DNA of 37,711 nt from Vicinamibacteria bacterium (GTDB lineage Bacteria; Acidobacteriota; Vicinamibacteria; Vicinamibacterales; CAVVIG01): assembly GCA_041485305.1 (NCBI GenBank), contig JBGPJH010000002.1:1-37711 (forward strand), written 5' to 3'. Both the position numbers and the translations under genes were made by a program. The notes under the pieces were generated by a model that saw only the letters and a list, made by a program, of their open reading frames with translations, was not told the origin of the DNA and searched no databases. Shown here one piece after another: positions 1-8,300 of the stretch (position 1 is the first letter of the stretch; each line of letters opens with the position of its first letter).

Positions 1-1
1 C

Positions 2-205
2 GCGCAAGACTCCTTCGTCGCCCTCACTGCGAACCGCACGCACGAAGGCTGCACGATCACGGGTTATCAGAGCCAGGTGTACACGTGTCCGTGTCACGGA
101 TCGCAATACAGCACCAGCGGGCAGGTGCTGAAGGGACCTGCATCCCGATCGCTGCGCCAGTTCGCCACGCAGTTCGCCAACAACACCCTTACGATCACGC
201 TGTAG
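2..205 (+). CDS. Rieske [2Fe-2S] domain protein, C-terminal fragment (5' end lies outside the window)
   Basis: Frame 2 translates to AQDSFVALTANRTHEGCTITGYQSQVYTCPCHGSQYSTSGQVLKGPASRSL...TITL*. This carries the two Rieske boxes (C-T-H-x-G-C and C-P-C-H-G-S-x-Y). Stop TAG at 203-205. Confidence 0.75.
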   Translation, partial: AQDSFVALTANRTHEGCTITGYQSQVYTCPCHGSQYSTSGQVLKGPASRSLRQFATQFANNTLTITL

Positions 206-471
206 GTCTGGTGGAGCGCGCAGAAATCCGCGCCGCCTGCGGAGTATTTCGCACGCCAGCGTTTCCCGGTTCGGTTTACGTGGGTTTTCGACGATTTTCA
301 CGCGGCACAGCCGTTGCTGCATGCGTCGATGCGAGACGGAAGTCGACCGCCGGTAGACGCGCTCCTCCTAGGCGCACCAGGCAGCCGGCGGTTGATTTCC
401 GCGTTCGTGCAACACCTCTCTCACTCCGATACCGGCGGGTCGTTACAAAGGCCAGAATCCCCGTCGGTGTC

Positions 472-518
472 AAAAAGCCGCAGCGCGGTCGGAACCCGCG
501 TTGCGGCTTTTCTTTCTT
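472..518. terminator. Bidirectional intrinsic terminator (A5, 12-bp stem, T-rich tract)
   Basis: Arms gccgcagcgcgg (477-488) and ccgcgttgcggc (496-507) pair with one G.U and a 7-nt loop. Flanked by aaaaa (472-476) and ttttctttctt (508-518). It sits 36 nt downstream of the minus-strand DUF4159 stop (554). Confidence 0.7.
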
Positions 519-553
519 GTGGATCGTGGTGGGGCGCCGCTGGCCCGCGGCGT

Positions 554-1402
554 TCAGTGCGACATCGCGTATAGCAGGACGTTCACGCCCAACGCATAGC
601 CTGCCGGGGAGAACCGCAAGAAGAACTCATGATCCTCGCCCTCGCGCTCCCACGAATCGCCGATGTCGGTGTTGTGGGTCATGATAACCATGATGCGGCC
701 CTTTTCGTCGGCGATCATGCGGAAGTCCGCATGCGGGCTGTCAGAGCCTCGCTCGCTGGTTTGACCGCCACTGCGCAGCCAGAACTGGATGTTGGTCACC
801 TGGATCACCGTGTCGATGTTGAACAACGAATGGCGAATCGGATGATTCGCCGGCACGTCGACGATGCGGTATTCCGGCAGGGCTTTGTGGATCTCGTTGG
901 ACCACTGCTCCCACGCAGGCGTCCCCCAGAAGTCGTCGACCCACAGAAACCCGCCCTTCAGCAGGTAGGAGCGGAGCCGTTGCGCTTCTTCCTCGGACAG
1001 ACCCATCGTTCCAACATCGGACGCGATCGTAAACGGACACCGGAAAAGCGCGTCATCGGTGAGCCTGACGACCCAGTAGCTGGGATTGCCTTTGTCGTCC
1101 CTGCTGATGGGGGTTTTGGTCAGCTCCGACATCCGCGTCATCAGGTTGATGCCGGCGTAGGGATAGTCGGTGGCCCAACCCACCCCCATGTCCTCGTACC
1201 TCACGCTTGTGTACTGAACTTTGCAGACCGTAAACGCACCGTCTTCGAAGCCGGTGGCGGGAGGATACCGCGCCGGCACGCCGGGGCCTTCCGGCAGGCG
1301 CCCCCTCCACCCGCGCATTCGCTGCGCCGATGCCACCCCTCCGGCAGCAACGACCACCGCCACCAGAGCGACCGCCGTCACGATGCGCCGCCAGCTCCCC
1401 AT
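554..1402 (-). CDS. DUF4159 domain-containing membrane-anchored protein
   Basis: I trimmed the 554..1552 ORF to the ATG giving MGSWRRIVTAVALVAVVVAAGGVASAQ (N-terminal TM/signal anchor). The body (FTVCKVQY..GWATDYPYAGINL..LTDDALFRCPF..EEAQRLRSYLLKGGFLWVDDFWG) matches my memory of the DUF4159 family. Confidence 0.7.
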   Translation of the reverse strand: MGSWRRIVTAVALVAVVVAAGGVASAQRMRGWRGRLPEGPGVPARYPPATGFEDGAFTVCKVQYTSVRYEDMGVGWATDYPYAGINLMTRMSELTKTPISRDDKGNPSYWVVRLTDDALFRCPFTIASDVGTMGLSEEEAQRLRSYLLKGGFLWVDDFWGTPAWEQWSNEIHKALPEYRIVDVPANHPIRHSLFNIDTVIQVTNIQFWLRSGGQTSERGSDSPHADFRMIADEKGRIMVIMTHNTDIGDSWEREGEDHEFFLRFSPAGYALGVNVLLYAMSH

Positions 1403-1496
1403 CACCGTGCGAACGATAGCGCACACGGCCGCTGGACACAATCGGGTCGATCCGAACGAGGCCGGTGCCTGCCGATCTCTGACAGGCGTCCGACCC

Positions 1497-1997
1497 CTAT
1501 CGGTAGTTTCCGAACTGGAGGGCAATTCCAAAATCCTGCTCTCGAAGCGCACGCATTGCTTCCTGCAGGTCGTCTTTCGACGACGAGGCTACCCTGACCT
1601 GATCGCCCTGGATCGACGCTTGCACCTTTCTGAGTTTCTTATCTTTGAGGAACTTCACGATGTCCCTGGCCGTTTCTATGGGAATCCCTTCCTGAATCGC
1701 GATCACGCGGCGGACCGTTCCTCCCGGGGCGGGCTCCGAATCGCCCACCTTGAAGTTCTTCAGGGGCACGCTTCGCCGCACGAGCCGGGTCTGAACGATC
1801 TCCCACAGCGCTCTGATCTTGAATTCGTCGTCGGCGCCAAGCCTCAACGTCTTTTCCGATGTGTCGAGCGCGATCTCGACCCTGGCGCCTTTGAAGTCGT
1901 ATCGCTGGCCGACTTCCTTCCGCGCCTGGTTCAGCGCGTTGTCCACTTCCTGGAAATCCACCGGCGACGTGATATCGAATGAGGAAGTCGAGGGCAT
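1497..1997 (-). CDS. yajQ: YajQ family (UPF0234) nucleotide / cyclic-di-GMP-binding protein
   Basis: 166 aa. MPSTSSFDITSPVDFQEVDNALNQARKEVGQRYDFKG... is the typical YajQ N-terminus, and the size is typical for the family. Confidence 0.85.
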   Translation of the reverse strand: MPSTSSFDITSPVDFQEVDNALNQARKEVGQRYDFKGARVEIALDTSEKTLRLGADDEFKIRALWEIVQTRLVRRSVPLKNFKVGDSEPAPGGTVRRVIAIQEGIPIETARDIVKFLKDKKLRKVQASIQGDQVRVASSSKDDLQEAMRALREQDFGIALQFGNYR

Positions 1998-2020
1998 CGA
2001 TCCAATAATAGAATGAGTGA

Positions 2021-2827
2021 GTGCCTGACGATCGGCCGCGGATTGGAGCGTCGGCTTGCCTGCTCGGCGAGCCTGTCAGGTTCGATGGAAATCATAAGCG
2101 CGATCCGTTCCTCGTGGATATCCTCGGCCCTCATGTCCGCTGGCTGCCGGTGTGTCCTGAGGTGGAGGCGGGTTTCGGCACACCCCGCCAGCCCATGCGG
2201 CTCACGCTCGCGGTGCCCCAGAAGCGGCCGCGCGGCGGACGCTTCGACCCCGGGGGCCTTGCACTCGTCGTGACCACGACGGGTGTCGATGTGACCGACC
2301 AGCTGCTGCGTACGGCTCGCCAGAGGATCGAGTGGCTCGCCGGGCAGGGGCTCTGCGGCTTCGTGCTGAAGGAAGACTCACCCAGCTGCGGGATGGAGCG
2401 CGTGAAGGTCTACGCCGACGGCCGCGCAGCCGAGCGCGGCGGGCGGGGGCTGTTCGCCGAAGCGCTCATCGCGCGTCTTCCCAATCTGCCGGTCGAAGAA
2501 GAGGGGCGGCTCTCTGATGTCCGGCTTCGCGAGAATTTCATCGAGCGGGTGTTCGCGTACCAACGGCTGCGCGCGCTGTTCGACGAGGGATGGTCGGTGG
2601 GCGATCTGGTTCGCTTTCACACCGCTCACAAGCTGACGCTGATGGCGCACTCGCCCTCCGCCTATCGCGCGCTCGGCCGGCTGGTGGCGCGCGCGAAACG
2701 ACGGCCCAGCCGCACCCTGGACGTCGACTACCAGTCCGGGTTCATGCGCGCATTGACCGCGATTGCCACGCCCGGCCGCCACGCGAACGTCCTGCGGCAC
2801 ATGCTCGGCTATTTCAAGACACGATGA
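2021..2827 (+). CDS. DUF523 + DUF1722 two-domain protein (YbgA-like; the DUF523 half resembles 2-thiouracil desulfurase)
   Basis: GTG start. The N-terminal IGASACLLGEPVRFDGNHK...WLPVCPEVEAGFGTPR is DUF523-like. The C-terminal FIERVFAYQRLRALF...RFHTAHKLTLMAHS...NVLRHMLGYFK is DUF1722-like. Confidence 0.75.
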   Translation: MPDDRPRIGASACLLGEPVRFDGNHKRDPFLVDILGPHVRWLPVCPEVEAGFGTPRQPMRLTLAVPQKRPRGGRFDPGGLALVVTTTGVDVTDQLLRTARQRIEWLAGQGLCGFVLKEDSPSCGMERVKVYADGRAAERGGRGLFAEALIARLPNLPVEEEGRLSDVRLRENFIERVFAYQRLRALFDEGWSVGDLVRFHTAHKLTLMAHSPSAYRALGRLVARAKRRPSRTLDVDYQSGFMRALTAIATPGRHANVLRHMLGYFKTR

Positions 2828-3639
2828 ACCTCTCCAGTCCCGTCTCACTCGTGCGCGCCAGACATGGCGCCCTGGTGGTGGCGCACGATCGCGTGGCCAC
2901 TGAAGAGCCGCTCGAGATTCGGCTGCACGGGCGGCCGTTTGCGGTGATCATGCGCACACCAGGCGACGACTTGGATCTGGCCGCCGGATTTCTGTTCGCC
3001 GAGCGCGTCGTCAGGCACCTGGACGAACTGGGAACGATCGCACACTGTCGCGATGGCGACGAAGCGGTGCCGAACGTCGTGAACGTCACGCTTGCTGGAC
3101 CTGCGGTCGAGCGCATGGAGCGCGCGCTCGACGAGAGGCGCGCGGTCACCGCGAATTCTGCGTGCGGCATCTGCGGGCGCACCACGATCGATTCCTTGCA
3201 GTCAGACCTCGCGCCGCTGGCCGACGATGAGCGCCTGGCTGCCGCGATCTTGCTCGCGCTGCCCAAGGCACTGCGTGCCGTGCAGCCGATGTTCGAGGCC
3301 ACCGGTGGCCTTCACGCCGCCGGTCTGTTCAACCTGGACGGTCGGCTCGTCCGGTCCGCCGAGGACGTTGGCCGGCATAACGCTGTGGACAAGGTCGTCG
3401 GTCAGATGCTGCTGCGGGATAGCTTGCCAGCCTCCGCCCACGTACTGTTCGTGAGCGGGCGCACCTCGTTCGAGATCCTTCAGAAGGCCTGGTGCGCGGG
3501 CATTCCCGCTGTGGCCTCGATCTCGGCGCCGTCCAGCCTGGCAGTCGATCTCGCCCAGAGCGCGGGGATCACGCTCGTCGGCTTCGTCCGCGACGACGAA
3601 TTCAACATCTACGCCCACCCGGAGCGGGTCCGCGTGTAG
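2824..3639 (+). CDS. fdhD: Formate dehydrogenase accessory sulfurtransferase FdhD
   Basis: ATG at 2824 overlaps the upstream stop (ATGA). Contains EEPLEIRL, AAGFLFAE, NSACGICGRTTIDSL, GGLHAAGLF and GRHNAVDKV, which are the hallmark FdhD segments. Confidence 0.85.
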   Translation: MNLSSPVSLVRARHGALVVAHDRVATEEPLEIRLHGRPFAVIMRTPGDDLDLAAGFLFAERVVRHLDELGTIAHCRDGDEAVPNVVNVTLAGPAVERMERALDERRAVTANSACGICGRTTIDSLQSDLAPLADDERLAAAILLALPKALRAVQPMFEATGGLHAAGLFNLDGRLVRSAEDVGRHNAVDKVVGQMLLRDSLPASAHVLFVSGRTSFEILQKAWCAGIPAVASISAPSSLAVDLAQSAGITLVGFVRDDEFNIYAHPERVRV

Positions 3640-3653
3640 GGAGTGAGGGATCG

Positions 3654-5207
3654 ATGCGCTGGCTCCTCTCGTTGTTTGTCGTGGCACTCGCGTCCCTCGC
3701 GCCCGCGGCCTCGACGGTCGCTCCCGACGTCGCCTTGCGACAGTTCTGGGAAGCGAAGAGTCCAAAGGAGGCCGAGCAGGCCGCCGACGCAGTGCTGAAA
3801 AGCGGCCTCGCGTTCGACGAGGTGCTCGCGCGCTTGAAGCAGGGCCGTCGCTATCTGGCCGATGTGCCTCGTGGCATCGTCAAGCTCAGTCGTCGAAGCG
3901 CAGACGTCGACTTTGCGTACACGCTGGAGGTGCCGCAGACCTACGACCCGGCCAGGAAGTATCAGGTACGGGTCCAGCTTCATGGCGGGGTGTCGCGTCC
4001 CGACCCAACGCCGCGTGGGAACGGCATCGGGGCGCTGGCTGGCGCAGAGCAAATCTACGTCTTGCCGACGGGGTGGGCGGCGGCGCTGTGGTGGAGCGAT
4101 CGCCAGATCGAGAATGTGCGGGCGATCCTCGACGGCGTGAAACGCATGTACAACGTCGACGAGAACCGCGTCGTGCTCTCCGGCGTGTCCGATGGTGCCA
4201 CCGGCGCGTTCTACTTCGCGATGCGCGACACGACACCGTTCGCCAGCTTCCTGCTCCTCAACGGAGCCCTGGCCGTCCTCCGCAATCCGTCAACGGAGGT
4301 CGAGGGCGAGCTGTTTCCCAACAACTTTCTCAACAAGCCGCTCTTTGTCGTCAACGGCGGGCGCGACCCGCTGTATCCCGCTACCAGCGTCGAGCCCTAC
4401 ATCGAGCATCTGAGAAAGGGCGGCGTCCAGCTGAAGTATCTGCCCCAGCCCGAAGGCGGCCACAACACGGCGTGGTGGCCCGACCTCAAAGACACCTTCG
4501 AATCCTTCGTGCGGGACCACGCGAGGAATCCGTTCCCCGCCAGGCTGACGTGGGAGAGCGATCTCACGGAGGGAACCAGTCGCGCGCACTGGCTCGTCAT
4601 CGACGCCCTGTCCAAGCCACGCGTGGAGGAGGCGCTTCCGGATTTGAATGATTTCGCGAGACGTCCCACGCCCAGTTTCGGCGTTCGTGCCAGCGGGATG
4701 CGCGTCACCTCGGTGATGGCGGGGACCAACGCGGCGAGCTTTGGGCTGCTGCCGGGCGACGTGGTCGTCAGGATCAACGAGGTCAACATTCCCGGCGGCG
4801 TGGATCTGGTGGATCTGCTCAGCACCCACGAGCCCCGGAAACCAATGACCCTCGTCGTATTGCGAAGCAGCAAGCCAGTCGAGCTTCGAGGCTTCTTCGA
4901 TCCGGCCCTGACGTCGCAGCCGATCCCAATGTTTCGTCACCTTGCCCCGTCAGGGCGCGTCGACCTCGAGCGGGAGGGCAACAGCGTTCGAGCGACGACG
5001 CGGGGCGTCGCCGAGTTCACCTTGTTGCTTTCCCCCGACGCCTTCGACTTCGCGAAGCCCGTTACGGTGGTGGCCGACGGCAGGAAGGTGTTCGAAGGTC
5101 GCGTGGCAAAGAGCACCGCGACGCTGATGAAGTGGGCTGCGCACGACAACGATCGGAGCATGCTGTTCGGGGCGGAAGTCCACGTGAAACTCAGTTCGCT
5201 GCGGTGA
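3654..5207 (+). CDS. Secreted alpha/beta-hydrolase (esterase/peptidase-like) with a C-terminal PDZ domain
   Basis: ATG at 3654 gives the signal-like MRWLLSLFVVALASLAPAAS. Putative triad context: GVSDG, GGRDPLYP, EGGHNTAWW. PDZ-like segment: GMRVTSVMAGTNAASFGLLPGDVVVRINEV. GGGAGTGAGGGA lies just upstream. Confidence 0.65.
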   Translation: MRWLLSLFVVALASLAPAASTVAPDVALRQFWEAKSPKEAEQAADAVLKSGLAFDEVLARLKQGRRYLADVPRGIVKLSRRSADVDFAYTLEVPQTYDPARKYQVRVQLHGGVSRPDPTPRGNGIGALAGAEQIYVLPTGWAAALWWSDRQIENVRAILDGVKRMYNVDENRVVLSGVSDGATGAFYFAMRDTTPFASFLLLNGALAVLRNPSTEVEGELFPNNFLNKPLFVVNGGRDPLYPATSVEPYIEHLRKGGVQLKYLPQPEGGHNTAWWPDLKDTFESFVRDHARNPFPARLTWESDLTEGTSRAHWLVIDALSKPRVEEALPDLNDFARRPTPSFGVRASGMRVTSVMAGTNAASFGLLPGDVVVRINEVNIPGGVDLVDLLSTHEPRKPMTLVVLRSSKPVELRGFFDPALTSQPIPMFRHLAPSGRVDLEREGNSVRATTRGVAEFTLLLSPDAFDFAKPVTVVADGRKVFEGRVAKSTATLMKWAAHDNDRSMLFGAEVHVKLSSLR

Positions 5208-5228
5208 CGTGCGACCTGCTGCAAGCGC

Positions 5229-5272
5229 GATGACCCGCGACGCGCGCGGGCCTGAAGGCGCACCCCACTCGC
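5229..5272. repeat. Direct repeat copy A (intergenic, 22 nt after the esterase stop)
   Basis: GATGACCCGCGACGCGcGCGGG-CCTGAAGGCgCgCAC..ACTCGC aligns with copy B at 5355-5404. The alignment was done by eye and includes a few mismatches and a 4-nt indel. Confidence 0.6.
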
Positions 5273-5324
5273 GGGCCGTGGCGCAGACGGTCTCGCCTTT
5301 GTCCGGGCAGTAGCCGGCGGTAGT

Positions 5325-5342
5325 GCAGACCTTCAGGTCTGC
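5325..5342. other. Perfect 7-bp hairpin gcagacc-ttca-ggtctgc at the convergent gene junction
   Basis: The arms are exact inverted repeats. The lhr stop codon (TGA, complement of 5333-5335) sits in the loop. There is no flanking T-tract on either strand. Confidence 0.5.
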
Positions 5343-8300
5343 TCCGATGGTTCAGATGACCCGCGACGCGGGCGGGTGGGCCTGAAGGCCCGCACTACAC
5401 TCGCTCCTGGGCCGACGATCGGCCGCCGCAGCGTTGCCTGCATGCCCATCGCCCCGGCGATGAAGCCGGCTTCTCCGAGAGATGGCGCCAGAGTATGCGT
5501 TGGCGCCGGGCTGCCATCGATTGTTTCAATCAGCATGCCCAGCGGCGACTCGCCGCCGCTGCGGGCCCGCTCGATGAGCGCGCGAGCGATGGCGCGGGCG
5601 GCCCGCGATCGTTCGGGCTCGGCCTCGGGCAGCCAGGTCAGGAGCTGGCGATCGCCGCGCGCCAGGTAGCCGACAAGGGCGCCGTCAACCAGCATGACGA
5701 GCGCTCCAACCGTGCGAGTCGGTCCTCTCGCGCCGTTGGTTCCGGACGCGCACGGCCACTTCAGCGTCGCGCCGTACGGGTTGGCGGGATCTGCGGCTGC
5801 CATGACGGCCACCTCCGGCTCGTCGGGCGTCTCCCGCAGCGATCTGAGTAAGTCCACCGCCCCGGGCAGCGCAAACTGCGTGGCGCCGAGACCTGCAACG
5901 AAGTAGCCTCGGCGCAGGCGCCCGCGTTCTTCGAGGGCCTTCAGAACGGGATAGACCAGACCGAATCCTCCGGCCACCGATTCCGCCAGCACACCCTCCC
6001 GCGTCAACACGCCGTGCCGCGCCAGCAGCTGCTGCGCCGCAGCCGTCGCCCAGCTGGTTGTGTCCTTTCCGCTTCGCCTGGCAGGCGTGGTCTCAGCACG
6101 GACGAGGCTCCACCGACCCTCGGCGGACGGCGGCACCAAGCGCCGCGATCGGAATGCGACCGGTTCGGCGCGGCGACCTCTTCGGCGGGTCGCGCGCGGG
6201 CGGGTGAACGCCCTGAGCGCGCGAAAAGTGTCGTTGGTCACGACCCCGCGCCACACGAGGTGCCACAAGGCGTCGACCGTCTCAGCCGGATATCCGCCTC
6301 CGGCCGCCTCGTGCAGAGGGGCAAAAAACGAGGCCCCATGGGTTCGCAGCCAGTCGATGATGGCCGTCTGTCTCACGTCGTGGTCCGGTGGTCGCGTTGC
6401 GGGCGGCTCGCCAGCCCGGGTCCGCAGGAGCGCGCCCTCCGGTGGCAACAACCTCGGCAGGTGATCCGCCAGGTACAGGGCAATGCGTCCGTCCCGCTCC
6501 CCAAGCGCTTCGACGCCAACCCAGACCACCTCGCCGGCCGCCATCACGGCGTCCAGGTCGCCTGACTCGTACGCCTCCACGCGCGCGGGCAGGATCTCGG
6601 TTTCGACAATCGACGCGGGCAGCGGCGCGCCTTGAAGCTGTTCGACCGTGTCGAGCAGGGCGTCGACTCCGCGACGCCGCTTCACGACGCCCTGCCATGT
6701 CGTGACGAAGCGACCAAGGATCGCCGGATCGACTGGCTCGACTTCGTGGCGCAGCTTCGCGAGAGACTGCCGTCGCAGCATCCGCAGGACGCCGGCGTCA
6801 GTCCACTCGCGCCGCGTGCCGCCAGGGCGGAACTCACCTTCAAGAAGCCGGTTCTCGCCCCTCAGGCGCGTGAGGACCGCCTCGGCCGCCGAGGGCGCCA
6901 TGCCGTAGCGCTTCGCGAAGTCGGCGGCGGTGAACGGCGCGTGCGTGCGCGCGTAGCGTAGGGCCAGGTCGCCCAGCGGATCGCGTACTGGAGCCAACAG
7001 GACCTCGGGCACATCTGGCGGCAGCGGTGCGCCAAGGGCATCGCGATATCGCGCGGCGTCCTCGATGGCGACGTATCGAGGCTCTCCCGCGAAGCGTAGG
7101 CTCAGCACCCGCCTGGTCGTGGTCAGGGCGCGCATGCGCTCGGCGACATCTGCCATTGCCGACCGCGCGCGGATCTCCCCCTCGGTCAGATCTCCGATGG
7201 CGATGAGCATGTCGTGAATCGCGTCCGCGCTTTTCGCGTGATACGACGGGTCGAGCCGCTGCAGGCGCCGCTCGGTGTGGTCCAGCGCGCCAGCATCGAG
7301 GAGTCCCCGTAGTTCAGCGTCGCCGACCAGCTCGCGAAGCTGCGCCTGGTCGACGGCCAATGCTTGAGCGCGGCGCTCGGCCAGCGGAGCGTCGCCGTCG
7401 TACAGGAAGCTCGCGACGTAGCTGAACAGGAGGGATGCGGCGAACGGCGACGGCTTCTCGGAGTCGACGGTCACCACGTGGATCTTGCGGCTCCGGATAT
7501 CCGACAGCGTCTGCACGAGGGCAGGCATGTCGAAATAGTCCCGCAGGCACTCCCGGTAGGTTTCGAGCAGCACCGGAAAGGATCCGAACCGCGCCGCAAC
7601 CGCCAGCAAATCCGCCGCGCGTTTCCGCTGCTGCCACAAGGGCGCCCGCATTCCAGGCCGACGTCTCGGCAACAGCAACGATCGGGCGGCGTTCTCCCTG
7701 AACTTGGCGGCGAACAGCGCCGTCGCGCCGAGCTGGCGGACGACCAGTGCCTGGACTTCGTCCGGATCCGGCACGAGCAGCTCGGGATCCGGTGGTTGGT
7801 CCACGTCTGGAAATCTCACCACGAACCCATCGTCGCCCCAGAGCATTTCCACGTCGACACCCGTAACCTCGCGGATCGCTGCAGCCGCGGCCATCGCCCA
7901 GGGCGCGTGAATGCGGCCACCGCGGGGCGACAGCACGCAGACGCGCCAATCCCCGAGCTCATCCCGGACGCGCTCGATGACGATGGTTCTGGCGTCTGGA
8001 AGGGTGCCGGTGGCGGCGATCTGGTCGCGGAGGTATTGGAGGAGCGTCTCCGCTGCACGTCGGTCGAGATCGTGCAGCCGCGTCAACTGGTCGATGGCCG
8101 CGCTGGGCGGCAGCCGAACGAGATCGTTCATGAGCCGGCCGATGGCGAGTCCGAGCTCGATCGGCCGGCCAACCCGATCGCCCTTCCAGAATGGCATCTT
8201 GCCGGGTTCGCCGGGCGCGGGCGAGACCACGACGCGGTCGTGCGTGATGTCCTCGATCCGCCAGGACGAGGCGCCGAGCACGAATGTTTCACCCACGCGG

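Noticed and set aside
554-1552. N-terminal extensions of the track ORFs: 554-1552, 2590-3639, 3492-5207, 11229-12185, 13248-13982, 18958-20976, 26050-27684, 29610-29819, 29717-31819, 32394-33620, 36887-37438.
   Set aside because: The upstream portions overlap the preceding gene or read as low-complexity noise. Internal starts give canonical family N-termini, signal peptides, SD spacing, or ATGA/GTGA coupling, so I trimmed the coordinates.
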